A DNA stretch of 64,000 bases from an uncultured bacterium (GTDB lineage: Bacteria > Omnitrophota > Omnitrophia > Omnitrophales > Aquincolibacteriaceae). How positions within the stretch are numbered: position 1 is the first letter of the stretch; every line of letters begins with the position of its first letter. The position numbers were made by a program, and so were the translations under genes. The notes under the pieces were generated by a model. That model was not told the origin of the DNA, made no database searches, and saw only the letters and a list, made by a program, of their open reading frames with translations. The stretch covers positions 3,961-67,960 of the forward strand of contig CAZSFZ010000008.1 in assembly GCA_964606385.1 (NCBI GenBank), given 5' to 3'. This document shows, one piece after another, positions 10,636 through 18,594 of the stretch.

Positions 10636-12109
10636 GGCTTCGTCTTTTTAAGGCGGATTCGACGACCTCACGGTCGCTGAAGGGGATCTTTCCGTCCCCC
10701 AGGATCTGGTAATCTTCGTGGCCTTTTCCGAGGACAAAGACCACATCGCCCGCTTTGGCGAGCGAAACGGCTTTCTCGATGGCTTCCTGCCGGTCCGGGA
10801 TCTCATAAATGCAGCCCGACGCCGGAACGGGATGAGGAAGTCCGGCCCGCATGTCGCGAAAAATGTCCTCGGGCTCCTCCGAACGGGGATTGTCGGAGGT
10901 CATGATGACCACATCGGAATAACGGCAGGCCGCCTGCGTCATGAGCGGCCGCTTGCCGCGGTCGCGGTCTCCCCCGCACCCGAACACGGTGATGATCCGC
11001 TTCGGCTGCATCTGCTTGGCGTCACGCAGTACCTGTTCAAAAGCGTCCGGCGTGTGAGCGTAATCGACGAACACCGTGTAATCTGTTCCGGTCCCGATCC
11101 GTTCCATGCGTCCGGGGATCGCGGGGATCTCTTCCAGAGCGCCGCGAAAATCATTCAGGTCATACCCGAGGAGGTCGATCGAGCTCAGTACCGCAAGGGC
11201 GTTTGAGATGTTATAACGCATGGGCAACCGGATCTGGAAAGGCAGTTCCTGTCCCCGGAAGCACATGACGAAACGGCTCCCCTGGAAACTCATCTGAAGG
11301 TCCTTCACGTAATAATCCGCCTCGCCGAGAACGCTGAAGGTCTTGGCTTTCGGCAATTCCTCGATCAGCCGCCGTCCGTAGGGACAATCCTTGTTGAAAA
11401 GCATTTTGTGGGGCGCTGGAAAACCCGTGAAGAAACCGCGTTTGGTCTGGAAATATTCTTCCATGCTGTGGTGAAAATCCAGATGATCCTGCGTGAGCTG
11501 CGTAAAGATCCCCAGCTCGAATTCCAGGCCATGAACGCGTTTCTGGCTGATCGCGTGGGAGGACACTTCCATCACGCAGGCCTGCACGCCCTCTTCCTGC
11601 ATCTGGTGAAGCATCGGGATCAGGACCTCCGAACCCGGTGTCGTGTTGACCGAAGCCGCTTTTCCGGACGGCAACTCATACCAGAGCGTCCCGAGAGACG
11701 CGGTCGGAAATTTTTCGCGCAGAAGCCTTTGCAGAAGATAGGTCGTGGTGGTCTTCCCGTTCGTGCCGGTCACGCCGATCAATTTGAGTTTGTGATCGGG
11801 GCCATCATAGAACCGGTTCAGGATCACGGCGAGCGCCGCCTTGGCGTCACGGACCTGAACGCCGGTCACGTGCGGCGGGATCGTGATCTCGGGTTCCTTT
11901 TCAAAGACCACGACCGCGGCCTTCGCGTAGATCGCCTGCCCGAGGAAATCATGACCGTCCATGCGCGTGCCGGGGCAAGCGACAAAAATATCCCCGGATT
12001 CGACGGCGCGGGAATCGGAAGTGACTTTATTGAAGATGCGCTTGGGGTCCCAGTGATACTTCTCGAGGATCGGCAGGCCTTTAAACAGATCATCAAGACG
12101 TTTTTTCAT
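10619..12109 (-). CDS. murE: UDP-MurNAc-L-Ala-D-Glu--2,6-diaminopimelate ligase
   Basis: 496-aa Mur ligase with GVTGTNGKTTTT. The DNPR motif (TSDNPRSEEP) indicates meso-DAP specificity. Confidence 0.9.
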   Translation of the reverse strand: MKKRLDDLFKGLPILEKYHWDPKRIFNKVTSDSRAVESGDIFVACPGTRMDGHDFLGQAIYAKAAVVVFEKEPEITIPPHVTGVQVRDAKAALAVILNRFYDGPDHKLKLIGVTGTNGKTTTTYLLQRLLREKFPTASLGTLWYELPSGKAASVNTTPGSEVLIPMLHQMQEEGVQACVMEVSSHAISQKRVHGLEFELGIFTQLTQDHLDFHHSMEEYFQTKRGFFTGFPAPHKMLFNKDCPYGRRLIEELPKAKTFSVLGEADYYVKDLQMSFQGSRFVMCFRGQELPFQIRLPMRYNISNALAVLSSIDLLGYDLNDFRGALEEIPAIPGRMERIGTGTDYTVFVDYAHTPDAFEQVLRDAKQMQPKRIITVFGCGGDRDRGKRPLMTQAACRYSDVVIMTSDNPRSEEPEDIFRDMRAGLPHPVPASGCIYEIPDRQEAIEKAVSLAKAGDVVFVLGKGHEDYQILGDGKIPFSDREVVESALKRRSRVFLS

Positions 12110-12124
12110 AAAGCTCGGAAGACC

Positions 12125-12631
12125 TCAGGCTTTTTGGGTTATTTTTTTATCGGCATTCTTTAGGGAAAATTGAAAACTTTGGGAAAGCACTTCCACTTCG
12201 TTAATGCCGGCAAGACCCCGCCGCCCCAGGACAATGTCGGCGAGCAGCGAATCCACCGTCGCGTCTTCGATCCCCTCCTGGAGCGCCCAGCTGCCGAGAA
12301 ATTTGATCTTGCTCGCCTTGCTCGTCAGGATGATCCGGATCCCGCGCTGGGACACAAGCGACAAGGGATCGAATGTGACCTTGAAATTCCCGTCCACCAG
12401 CTGCACCCGGTCTTCCCAGGAGAAGGTCCCGTGCTTCACCTCAAAAGACGGAACGAATACCGACGGGATGTACTGCCCTCCCATGCGGATCTTGAGACGC
12501 GACTGGAGTTCCTGATAGACCCAAAAATTCAGGCCCAGCGATAAAGCGCCTGACAAGAGAAAAACCGCCGCCACAAGCGCGAGGCTTCTGAGCACTTTAG
12601 CCCATGATTTTTTTTTACCGGACCGGGCCAT
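12125..12631 (-). CDS. hypothetical bitopic membrane protein (N-terminal TM anchor, beta-rich periplasmic domain)
   Basis: 168-aa ORF occupying the slot where ftsI/ftsL normally sit upstream of murE. I recognise no PBP/transpeptidase motifs and no known domain. Confidence 0.6.
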   Translation of the reverse strand: MARSGKKKSWAKVLRSLALVAAVFLLSGALSLGLNFWVYQELQSRLKIRMGGQYIPSVFVPSFEVKHGTFSWEDRVQLVDGNFKVTFDPLSLVSQRGIRIILTSKASKIKFLGSWALQEGIEDATVDSLLADIVLGRRGLAGINEVEVLSQSFQFSLKNADKKITQKA

Positions 12632-13274
12632 CGGGGATCCTTTCCGGCGTGATCACGATCTCGACGCGGCGATTCTTGTCACGGCCTTCTTCGGTATCAT
12701 TGGAAGCGACCGGCCGGTATTCGGCATATCCCACGACCCGGAACCGATCCGGGGACAATTCCTTGGTCTCGAGAAAAAAATGAAGCACCGCGGTCGCGCG
12801 GCCGATCGAATATTCCCAATTGGTAACTCCGTTGGCGTTCTCGATCGGCTGGTTATCCGTATGGCCTTCCAGGGCCACGCGATTCCGGGGAAGATCACGC
12901 GTCAGCACAAGCGCGACCTTTTCCAGCACCGCTTCCCCCGAAGACGTGAATTGCGTCTCGTCAGGATCGAACAGGGCGTGGTCCAGCACGGTCACGACCA
13001 TGCCTCTCGGATCCATCGCGATCCGCGCGTCCCCGCGGGAGATCTCCGGAGCGAGGCTCTCTTCGACTTTGGGCTTCGCGGCCTGAAGATCGGCCCGTCC
13101 GTCCACCGTGCCGTCCAGCTCCTCATTGAGACGCAGGATCTCTTTATTCAGGCTTTCGATGGTCTCGCTTTGCTGGCGGATCAGGGCGCGCGTGCCCGTA
13201 TCTTCGGCGGTGGCGCAACCCATCAGGGCCAACAGCATCCCACTCGAAAAAAGGATGATTTTTTTATGATCCAT
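12615..13274 (-). CDS. OmpA-family peptidoglycan-binding lipoprotein with coiled-coil linker
   Basis: Lipobox LLALMGC, then a coiled-coil segment, then an OmpA_C motif (NWEYSIGRATAV...NRRVEIVI). Confidence 0.8.
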   Translation of the reverse strand: MDHKKIILFSSGMLLALMGCATAEDTGTRALIRQQSETIESLNKEILRLNEELDGTVDGRADLQAAKPKVEESLAPEISRGDARIAMDPRGMVVTVLDHALFDPDETQFTSSGEAVLEKVALVLTRDLPRNRVALEGHTDNQPIENANGVTNWEYSIGRATAVLHFFLETKELSPDRFRVVGYAEYRPVASNDTEEGRDKNRRVEIVITPERIPDGPVR

Positions 13275-13304
13275 CAGGAACGGTCCCTTAAAACCGGGGA
13301 GAGG

Positions 13305-13508
13305 CTAGCCGCGACCGGCATATTTCAGATAGACGAACCATAAGGCTAAAGCCGAGAGCACGCAAGTCGCGAAAATCAGCAAGCGCAAAAAAAACGGCGT
13401 CTTTTGCTTAGGGGGCTTGGGCTTCGCGGCCTTCACCTCGTCGGCCGGGTCTTTTCCGGCCAAGTGCTGCGGCTTTCGGATCTCGATTTTCATTTTTGCC
13501 ACGGTCAT
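13305..13508 (-). CDS. small membrane protein (67 aa, basic N-terminus, C-terminal TM)
   Basis: ATGA overlap with the stop of the upstream HD-GYP gene suggests translational coupling. It has a single hydrophobic helix. Confidence 0.5.
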   Translation of the reverse strand: MTVAKMKIEIRKPQHLAGKDPADEVKAAKPKPPKQKTPFFLRLLIFATCVLSALALWFVYLKYAGRG

Positions 13509-15076
13509 TCCTCCAGCGATTTCTTTTCAGTGTTCTTGGAACTCTTGATGAAATTTTCCACTTTATCCAAAATAGCCTTCTCCTTCATAACCTTGATAAA
13601 AGCATCCACCACCGTCGGATCGAACTGTGTTCCCTTGAATTTCAGGACCTCATCCAGCGCCTCCTTGACCGTCAGCTGCTGGCGATAATGACGCTTGGAG
13701 ACCATCGCCATAAAAGAATCCGCCACGGCCACGATGCGCGCCCCCAGCGGGATCTCCTCGCCCTTGAGCCCCTGCGGGTACCCCTTCCCGTCGTAACGTT
13801 CGTGACGGTGCATCACGATCGGGAGTACTGGCTTCAGGGAGCTGATCGAACGGAGCAGGTTGGCCCCGCGAATCGGGATGCTGCGGATCTCCTCGAGTTC
13901 CTTTTGCGAGAGTTTTTGCTTTTTCTGCCAGGCACGCTCCGGGAACGCCAGCTGTCCCGTGTCCAAAAGAAGGATCGCCCGCTCCAGGTGCACCAGTTCG
14001 CCACCGGGTAGCTCCATTTGTTTTCCGACCGCAAGCACCATCTCCCCGATGAGGTCGATATCCCCCTGCTTGTCCCCGACATGGCGCTTCATAAGCTCGT
14101 TGATGGCTTTGATGCTTCCGAGCGTCAGTTCTTCGGTGCGTTCAAAAAGCTGCGCGTTCTTGATGGCCACGACCGCCTGTTCCGAAAGGGACTTCAGGAT
14201 CTCAAGGTCCGTGCGCGTAAACGACTGGCGGTCCGCTTTTCCCCAGAGGGTCATCACGCCCACGACGTCATCTTCAATGAACGGCACCGCGATGTAACGG
14301 TTCTGCAGGCAGAATTCACCGGTCTCGGCGATATGACCTTCCAGGCCCCGCCCGAACCGCACACGCTGCTTATGCACGAACTTCGGATGCGCGCCGAACG
14401 AAAAGAAAGGATTGAGGTACTGCCGCTCCGGGTCCGTCAGCATGATCGAACATCCCGAGGCTTTGAGGATCTGCGCACCCAAACGTCCGATGCGCGGCAG
14501 GAGCTCCTTGAGGCGCAACGAGGAATTAATGACCCGGTGGACCGAATGCATGGTCGAGAGCGCAAGCGCCCGGGGATGCACCGTCTCATAAAAATTATTC
14601 AATTCAAAATTCTTATAGGCCAACTCGACCTGACTCGCAAGGAAATACCCGAAAGGCGCCATGAGCGGCCGGATCTCGCGCTCGGAGCGCTTCACGCAAT
14701 CCAGCACAAGAAATCCCTTAAGCGCCCCCAGATAACGGAGCGGGAATATGATGCAACTTTTCCCGAAGGCGCAGCGGTAGAAAAGCGGCAGGCGTTCCGC
14801 CGTGGCGGGATTTTGCGACAGCTGGTCGGTGAATTTCGTGACGAACGCCTCGCACTCCTTTTGATGTTCGGCGGATTTTGAAAAGAACGGGCAGTTCTGC
14901 TTGCGGTCAAGCCGGACGAGGCGCTGTTTTCCATGCTCTTCGCAGAGCACGAACCATCCGATCGGCTTCCCGAAGATCTCGGAGAACGATTCGTAGCCTT
15001 CCTGCCACTGGGGATTCGGCAAAAGGAATCTTTCGAGCGGTGTCAGGATCCGTTTCGGTTCTTTGGCGGAAGTCAT
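13505..15076 (-). CDS. HD-GYP c-di-GMP phosphodiesterase with Cys-containing N-terminal sensor region and GAF domain
   Basis: 523-aa ORF with an HD-GYP signature (HHERYDGKGYPQGL). The GAF-like middle is recognised by similarity. The N-terminal region has CPFF...C..C...C cysteines and may be PocR-like. Confidence 0.8.
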   Translation of the reverse strand: MTSAKEPKRILTPLERFLLPNPQWQEGYESFSEIFGKPIGWFVLCEEHGKQRLVRLDRKQNCPFFSKSAEHQKECEAFVTKFTDQLSQNPATAERLPLFYRCAFGKSCIIFPLRYLGALKGFLVLDCVKRSEREIRPLMAPFGYFLASQVELAYKNFELNNFYETVHPRALALSTMHSVHRVINSSLRLKELLPRIGRLGAQILKASGCSIMLTDPERQYLNPFFSFGAHPKFVHKQRVRFGRGLEGHIAETGEFCLQNRYIAVPFIEDDVVGVMTLWGKADRQSFTRTDLEILKSLSEQAVVAIKNAQLFERTEELTLGSIKAINELMKRHVGDKQGDIDLIGEMVLAVGKQMELPGGELVHLERAILLLDTGQLAFPERAWQKKQKLSQKELEEIRSIPIRGANLLRSISSLKPVLPIVMHRHERYDGKGYPQGLKGEEIPLGARIVAVADSFMAMVSKRHYRQQLTVKEALDEVLKFKGTQFDPTVVDAFIKVMKEKAILDKVENFIKSSKNTEKKSLEE

Positions 15077-15615
15077 TTTTTCCGGCGCCTCCCTGATCGA
15101 TGACCCCGCGCGCCCGACGTCAGAGCCCGGCTCAATGCCTCATAGGCCGATTCCAGGGATTCGGAGATCACCTTGGTGCCTGCCACGACCGGCATAAAAT
15201 TCACGTCCCCTTTCCAGCGCGGCACGATATGCCAATGAACATGGTCCGGGATCCCCGCGCCCGCGATATCCGCGAGGTTCATTCCGAGGTTGAACCCGTG
15301 GGGCCTCATCGCTTTCTGAAGCGCCTTCATGGTTTGATCCAGCACTTCAAAAAATTCGGCTTTCTCGAGGGCATTCAGTTGCGAAAGACAAGCGATATGG
15401 CGTTTGGGAACGATCATGAGATGACCGTTGTTGTAGGGATAACGGTTCAGGATCACGGCGTGATGCGCGGACCGGAAAAGGACAAGGTTCTTTTTATCTT
15501 TTTTGTCGCGGAGAAGCGAACAAAAAAGACAGCCGGAACGCTTATTGGAGCTCGAGCGCAGGTACGTCTTGCGCCACGGGGCCCACATGAGGCTCTTCGA
15601 TCTCTTCAAGTCCAT
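15073..15615 (-). CDS. HIT family protein, Ap4A phosphorylase/ATP adenylyltransferase-like subgroup
   Basis: Histidine triad HVHWHIV, a CLFC motif and an N-terminal WAPWRKTY motif. Overlaps the 3' end of the upstream ATPase gene. The start is M1 (AAGGAA SD) or M10. Confidence 0.8.
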   Translation of the reverse strand: MDLKRSKSLMWAPWRKTYLRSSSNKRSGCLFCSLLRDKKDKKNLVLFRSAHHAVILNRYPYNNGHLMIVPKRHIACLSQLNALEKAEFFEVLDQTMKALQKAMRPHGFNLGMNLADIAGAGIPDHVHWHIVPRWKGDVNFMPVVAGTKVISESLESAYEALSRALTSGARGHRSGRRRKK

Positions 15616-17242
15616 GGATTCCTTGGTTGGAGGGCAAAATGATCTTCGGAAGATCGTAAAGGTCCAAAAGTCCGTTCAGCATCCGGAGATCCCAGAGCTG
15701 CATCTTGGCCTCTTGGGCGATCAAACGGGCATTCTGGTCGATCCCCCCGAGAACGATCAATATTTTACGCTGGATCTTCTGAAGGCGCTTGGCATCGGCC
15801 ACCACTTTTTCGATCTCGGATTCCCCGATCCACTCCGCGCTGAGATAAAAAAGCCAACGCCCCCGGGAACCCCGCCCCAAAAGCGAAAAAACGGAGTGCG
15901 GCAAATGTCTCAGAAGCACCACTTCGGAGAACTGAGGGCACACGATCTTCTTTTGATTGATCTCCACCCCGTCGTTGCGGAATTCCTTGAGGAGCGTTTC
16001 CACGCGGAACCCCAGGTCTTCATCGGTCGTTCTCGTGCACAGGTCGAGCACGCGATTCAATTCGTCGAAAAGGTGTTTGCGGAGGATGCGCTCTTCGGGA
16101 AGGAACAGCGCGTGGCGTTTTTGATAAACCTCGCGCAGCCAGAAGCGGAAGAGATGGTCCGGCACGTGATAAAGGGAGCCGCTTTTGACCGCCAACCCGT
16201 CCTCCACGAGCCGCTTCAGGACTTTTTGGGTTTCCGCCACGGTTTCCTCGATGAAAGCCGCGATGGGGATCACTTTATGCCGCTCATGGCTCAGGGCCAA
16301 CAGCGCCCGGACATACGGCCCCCGGCATCGCGTCAGGTTCGCGGATTGCTCGAGCCGTTTCTCGCAAAGAAGCGCGATGCGACCGCGACGGTCAAAAAGC
16401 TCCTGACAAAAAGCGTCCAAAAGCACCGACGGACTGATGTCCTGCGGGAACTCGCGGATCTCGACTTGTTCGAGCCGCTGCAGCAGCAGGTCCAGATAGA
16501 TCGGCTCGCCGTCCGTCATGCTGAAAAGGAACCGCTTCAGTTCCGGCGACCATCGATGCGCGGGCATCCGCGTCGCGAGGTATTGTTCCATCTCCATATA
16601 CCCGAAAGGCGCCAGCTCAAGCACCTCGAAATTCCCGAAAAGAAGCGAGAGTTTTTCCCGGAAGATCTCGCGCGCGCGGTCGACGGCGGAGCTTGTGACC
16701 ACGTAGAGCACTTCTTTGTCGATCATCATTTGTTTGCCGAGCAAAAGGAACGGATCGGTGACAGGAAGTTTTTCGAGCGCCTGGAATTCATCGATCATCA
16801 AAACGACCTTCTTTCCTGTCTCACGCGCCAAGGTCCCGCTCAGCATCAGAAGTTCCTTGATCGCCAGCGAGTTCTTGTCCTGGCGGATCAGCCTCTGCAG
16901 GTGCCTGACCGCCGTCACGGTCTTTGGAATGATCACCTCGGCCTCCCTCAGGAGTCCCGTCAGGGTTTTGGGGATATTCAGAGTGCGGTCCAGCATCACA
17001 GCGCTCAGCACCGCACCCATCCACTGCTGGGTGAGCTGGTGCCCATCAATGGTCTCAGCCTTCACATAAACGGGAAGGAGCTGGGAGGTGCGTGATATCG
17101 ACTGGAAGAACTCGCAGAGAAGCTGCGTTTTCCCGACACCGGACGAGCCAATGATCCCGACATTCTGGCGATAGCCGTTCTGGATGTCATCGACGCGTTT
17201 TTGCAAACGCGCTTGAATGGCTTCCCGCATCAAAAAAGGCAT
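15542..17242 (-). CDS. AAA+ ATPase, archaeal-type ATPase (PF01637-like) with C-terminal DUF234-like region
   Basis: 566-aa ORF with Walker A (GIIGSSGVGKTQL), Walker B (VVLMIDEFQ) and sensor-1 (YVVTSS). The family assignment comes from motif pattern only. Confidence 0.75.
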   Translation of the reverse strand: MPFLMREAIQARLQKRVDDIQNGYRQNVGIIGSSGVGKTQLLCEFFQSISRTSQLLPVYVKAETIDGHQLTQQWMGAVLSAVMLDRTLNIPKTLTGLLREAEVIIPKTVTAVRHLQRLIRQDKNSLAIKELLMLSGTLARETGKKVVLMIDEFQALEKLPVTDPFLLLGKQMMIDKEVLYVVTSSAVDRAREIFREKLSLLFGNFEVLELAPFGYMEMEQYLATRMPAHRWSPELKRFLFSMTDGEPIYLDLLLQRLEQVEIREFPQDISPSVLLDAFCQELFDRRGRIALLCEKRLEQSANLTRCRGPYVRALLALSHERHKVIPIAAFIEETVAETQKVLKRLVEDGLAVKSGSLYHVPDHLFRFWLREVYQKRHALFLPEERILRKHLFDELNRVLDLCTRTTDEDLGFRVETLLKEFRNDGVEINQKKIVCPQFSEVVLLRHLPHSVFSLLGRGSRGRWLFYLSAEWIGESEIEKVVADAKRLQKIQRKILIVLGGIDQNARLIAQEAKMQLWDLRMLNGLLDLYDLPKIILPSNQGIHGLEEIEEPHVGPVAQDVPALELQ

Positions 17243-17605
17243 TTTAAATATCTCGCGACTGAAAAATCAGCGTACAAAAGGAGGGGGTAAGACGTCCGTC
17301 CAGAAGCATTATGAAGATAGAATTAATACGAACTTTGCGCCTCTAAAAACCGTCTTCCACCCCAAAATCCTACGTGTGTTCGTCGACCAACAGGTACTGG
17401 CGTTATCTTACGATTTTCAATTGATAAAGCAAGGAGGAAAATCATTTTTTCATATTCTGCGACGCATTTTTTTAAAAAATCTCTTCGAGCGACGCCCACC
17501 CGGAAATCCGGAGCCTGCACGAAAAACAAACGCCCCGGCTAGCCCAGTTGTCAGACCCCCCGCCTTTCAACCGTTTTCGCCAGGGCGATTTGCTTAATTC
17601 AAAAA
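17243..17605. other. 363-nt non-coding, locally AT-rich spacer between ptsN-like gene and ATPase operon
   Basis: No convincing ORF on either strand. It is unusually long for this compact genome, and likely holds the promoter for the 17242-to-1 transcription unit and/or a small RNA. Confidence 0.4.
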
Positions 17606-18088
17606 TCAAACCTGTAATGCCGGAGCCTGATGCGGCTCCGGAACCAAAAGCTGATAGATCTCAAAAGCCGACTGAACCGCCTTCAACCGTTCCTGCATGT
17701 AACGGTCGCAGAGCGCCCACTTGATGTTCTGAAGGATCTGCCGTTTTTGGTGCTCCGCCGACTCATTCTGAGGAAGTATCAGTAAAAAAATGAAATGCAC
17801 GAGCCGTCCATCCAGGGACGGGTAAGGGATGCCGGAGGGGCTGACCCCGAAAGCAACGATAGGGTCTTGGACTTCGGGTAAAAAACAATGAGGGAGGGCA
17901 ATGCCGCGGCCGATCGCGGTGGTCCCGATCTGTTCGCGGAGGTTGATCGCGCGGAAGATCTTTTGCTTCTCGATCCCCCGAAGGGTCCAGACCGGAAGCG
18001 CGTCCAGGATCTTCTTTAGCGCGTCTTCGCGATCTCTCGCGTCCAGCCCCGCGACAATGTGATCTTCATGCAGCAATCGATGCCCCAT
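17606..18088 (-). CDS. ptsN: PTS EIIA(Ntr)-like nitrogen regulatory protein (PtsN family)
   Basis: 160-aa ORF with a PTS_EIIA_2 signature (GRGIALPH, phosphorylatable His). It is an orphan, with no rpoN/hpf/npr context. Confidence 0.7.
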   Translation of the reverse strand: MGHRLLHEDHIVAGLDARDREDALKKILDALPVWTLRGIEKQKIFRAINLREQIGTTAIGRGIALPHCFLPEVQDPIVAFGVSPSGIPYPSLDGRLVHFIFLLILPQNESAEHQKRQILQNIKWALCDRYMQERLKAVQSAFEIYQLLVPEPHQAPALQV

Positions 18089-18410
18089 GATTCGCCCGCT
18101 CCTGTCTTTTCTGCGTCCGGACCTTGGAGACGAGGTGCCGGCGCCATTTGCGCCGCGTCGTCCGCAGATCCAGTTTCAGAAACCGAAGGGCCTCCCTCAA
18201 GTTGGGAAACTCCTTCAAAGCCGCCTCATCCCGCTCGGAATAAAGCGCCGAAACCTTGAATCTTTCCAGCTGACGTATCCGCTGTTCAATCGAAGGTCTC
18301 AGGGCAACAGCCTCATCGCTTTTATGCCCCGAGATCTCGCGATAGAGCTCCTGCCACTCCGATTCCATTTTGTCAATAAACGGCCTTACCAGCTGACCAC
18401 TAATTTCCAT
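18066..18410 (-). CDS. hypothetical helical basic protein (114 aa)
   Basis: Overlaps the ptsN-like start by 23 nt on the same strand and follows an AT-rich promoter-like region. No recognisable domain. Confidence 0.45.
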   Translation of the reverse strand: MEISGQLVRPFIDKMESEWQELYREISGHKSDEAVALRPSIEQRIRQLERFKVSALYSERDEAALKEFPNLREALRFLKLDLRTTRRKWRRHLVSKVRTQKRQERANHGASIAA

Positions 18411-18594
18411 TTATAAATCCTTTTCAAAATGACTGATCTGGCAACTGACAAAATTTATTTTGTTTTTATTTCTCTGTTGATCATATGCTAACAGCACCGC
18501 CATTAAAGCAACATTAAAGAATTATTAAATATTTTTAAGACTTTAAAGGGTTATAGGACTCCAGGGAGCTTCTTCTCAGAGGGGGGATAAAAAA
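18411..18594. other. AT-rich intergenic region (promoter for 18410 operon / terminator region for HK operon)
   Basis: 184 nt of markedly lower GC between co-directional operons. Confidence 0.4.

Noticed and set aside
15503-17095. 530-aa plus-strand ORF
   Set aside because: It is antisense to the AAA ATPase gene, which has clear Walker A and B motifs. It has no recognisable motifs. Long antisense ORFs are a known artefact of high-GC coding regions.
17217-17597. 126-aa plus-strand ORF and 68-aa minus-strand ORF in the 17.2-17.6 kb spacer
   Set aside because: They have no RBS and an AT-rich low-complexity composition. The region is more plausibly regulatory or an sRNA, so it is kept as a non-coding feature instead.
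17620-17641. 8-bp perfect hairpin CCGGAGCC-tgatgc-GGCTCCGG
   Set aside because: It lies inside the last codons of the ptsN-like CDS, and no U-tract immediately follows on the transcribed strand. It is not a convincing intrinsic terminator.
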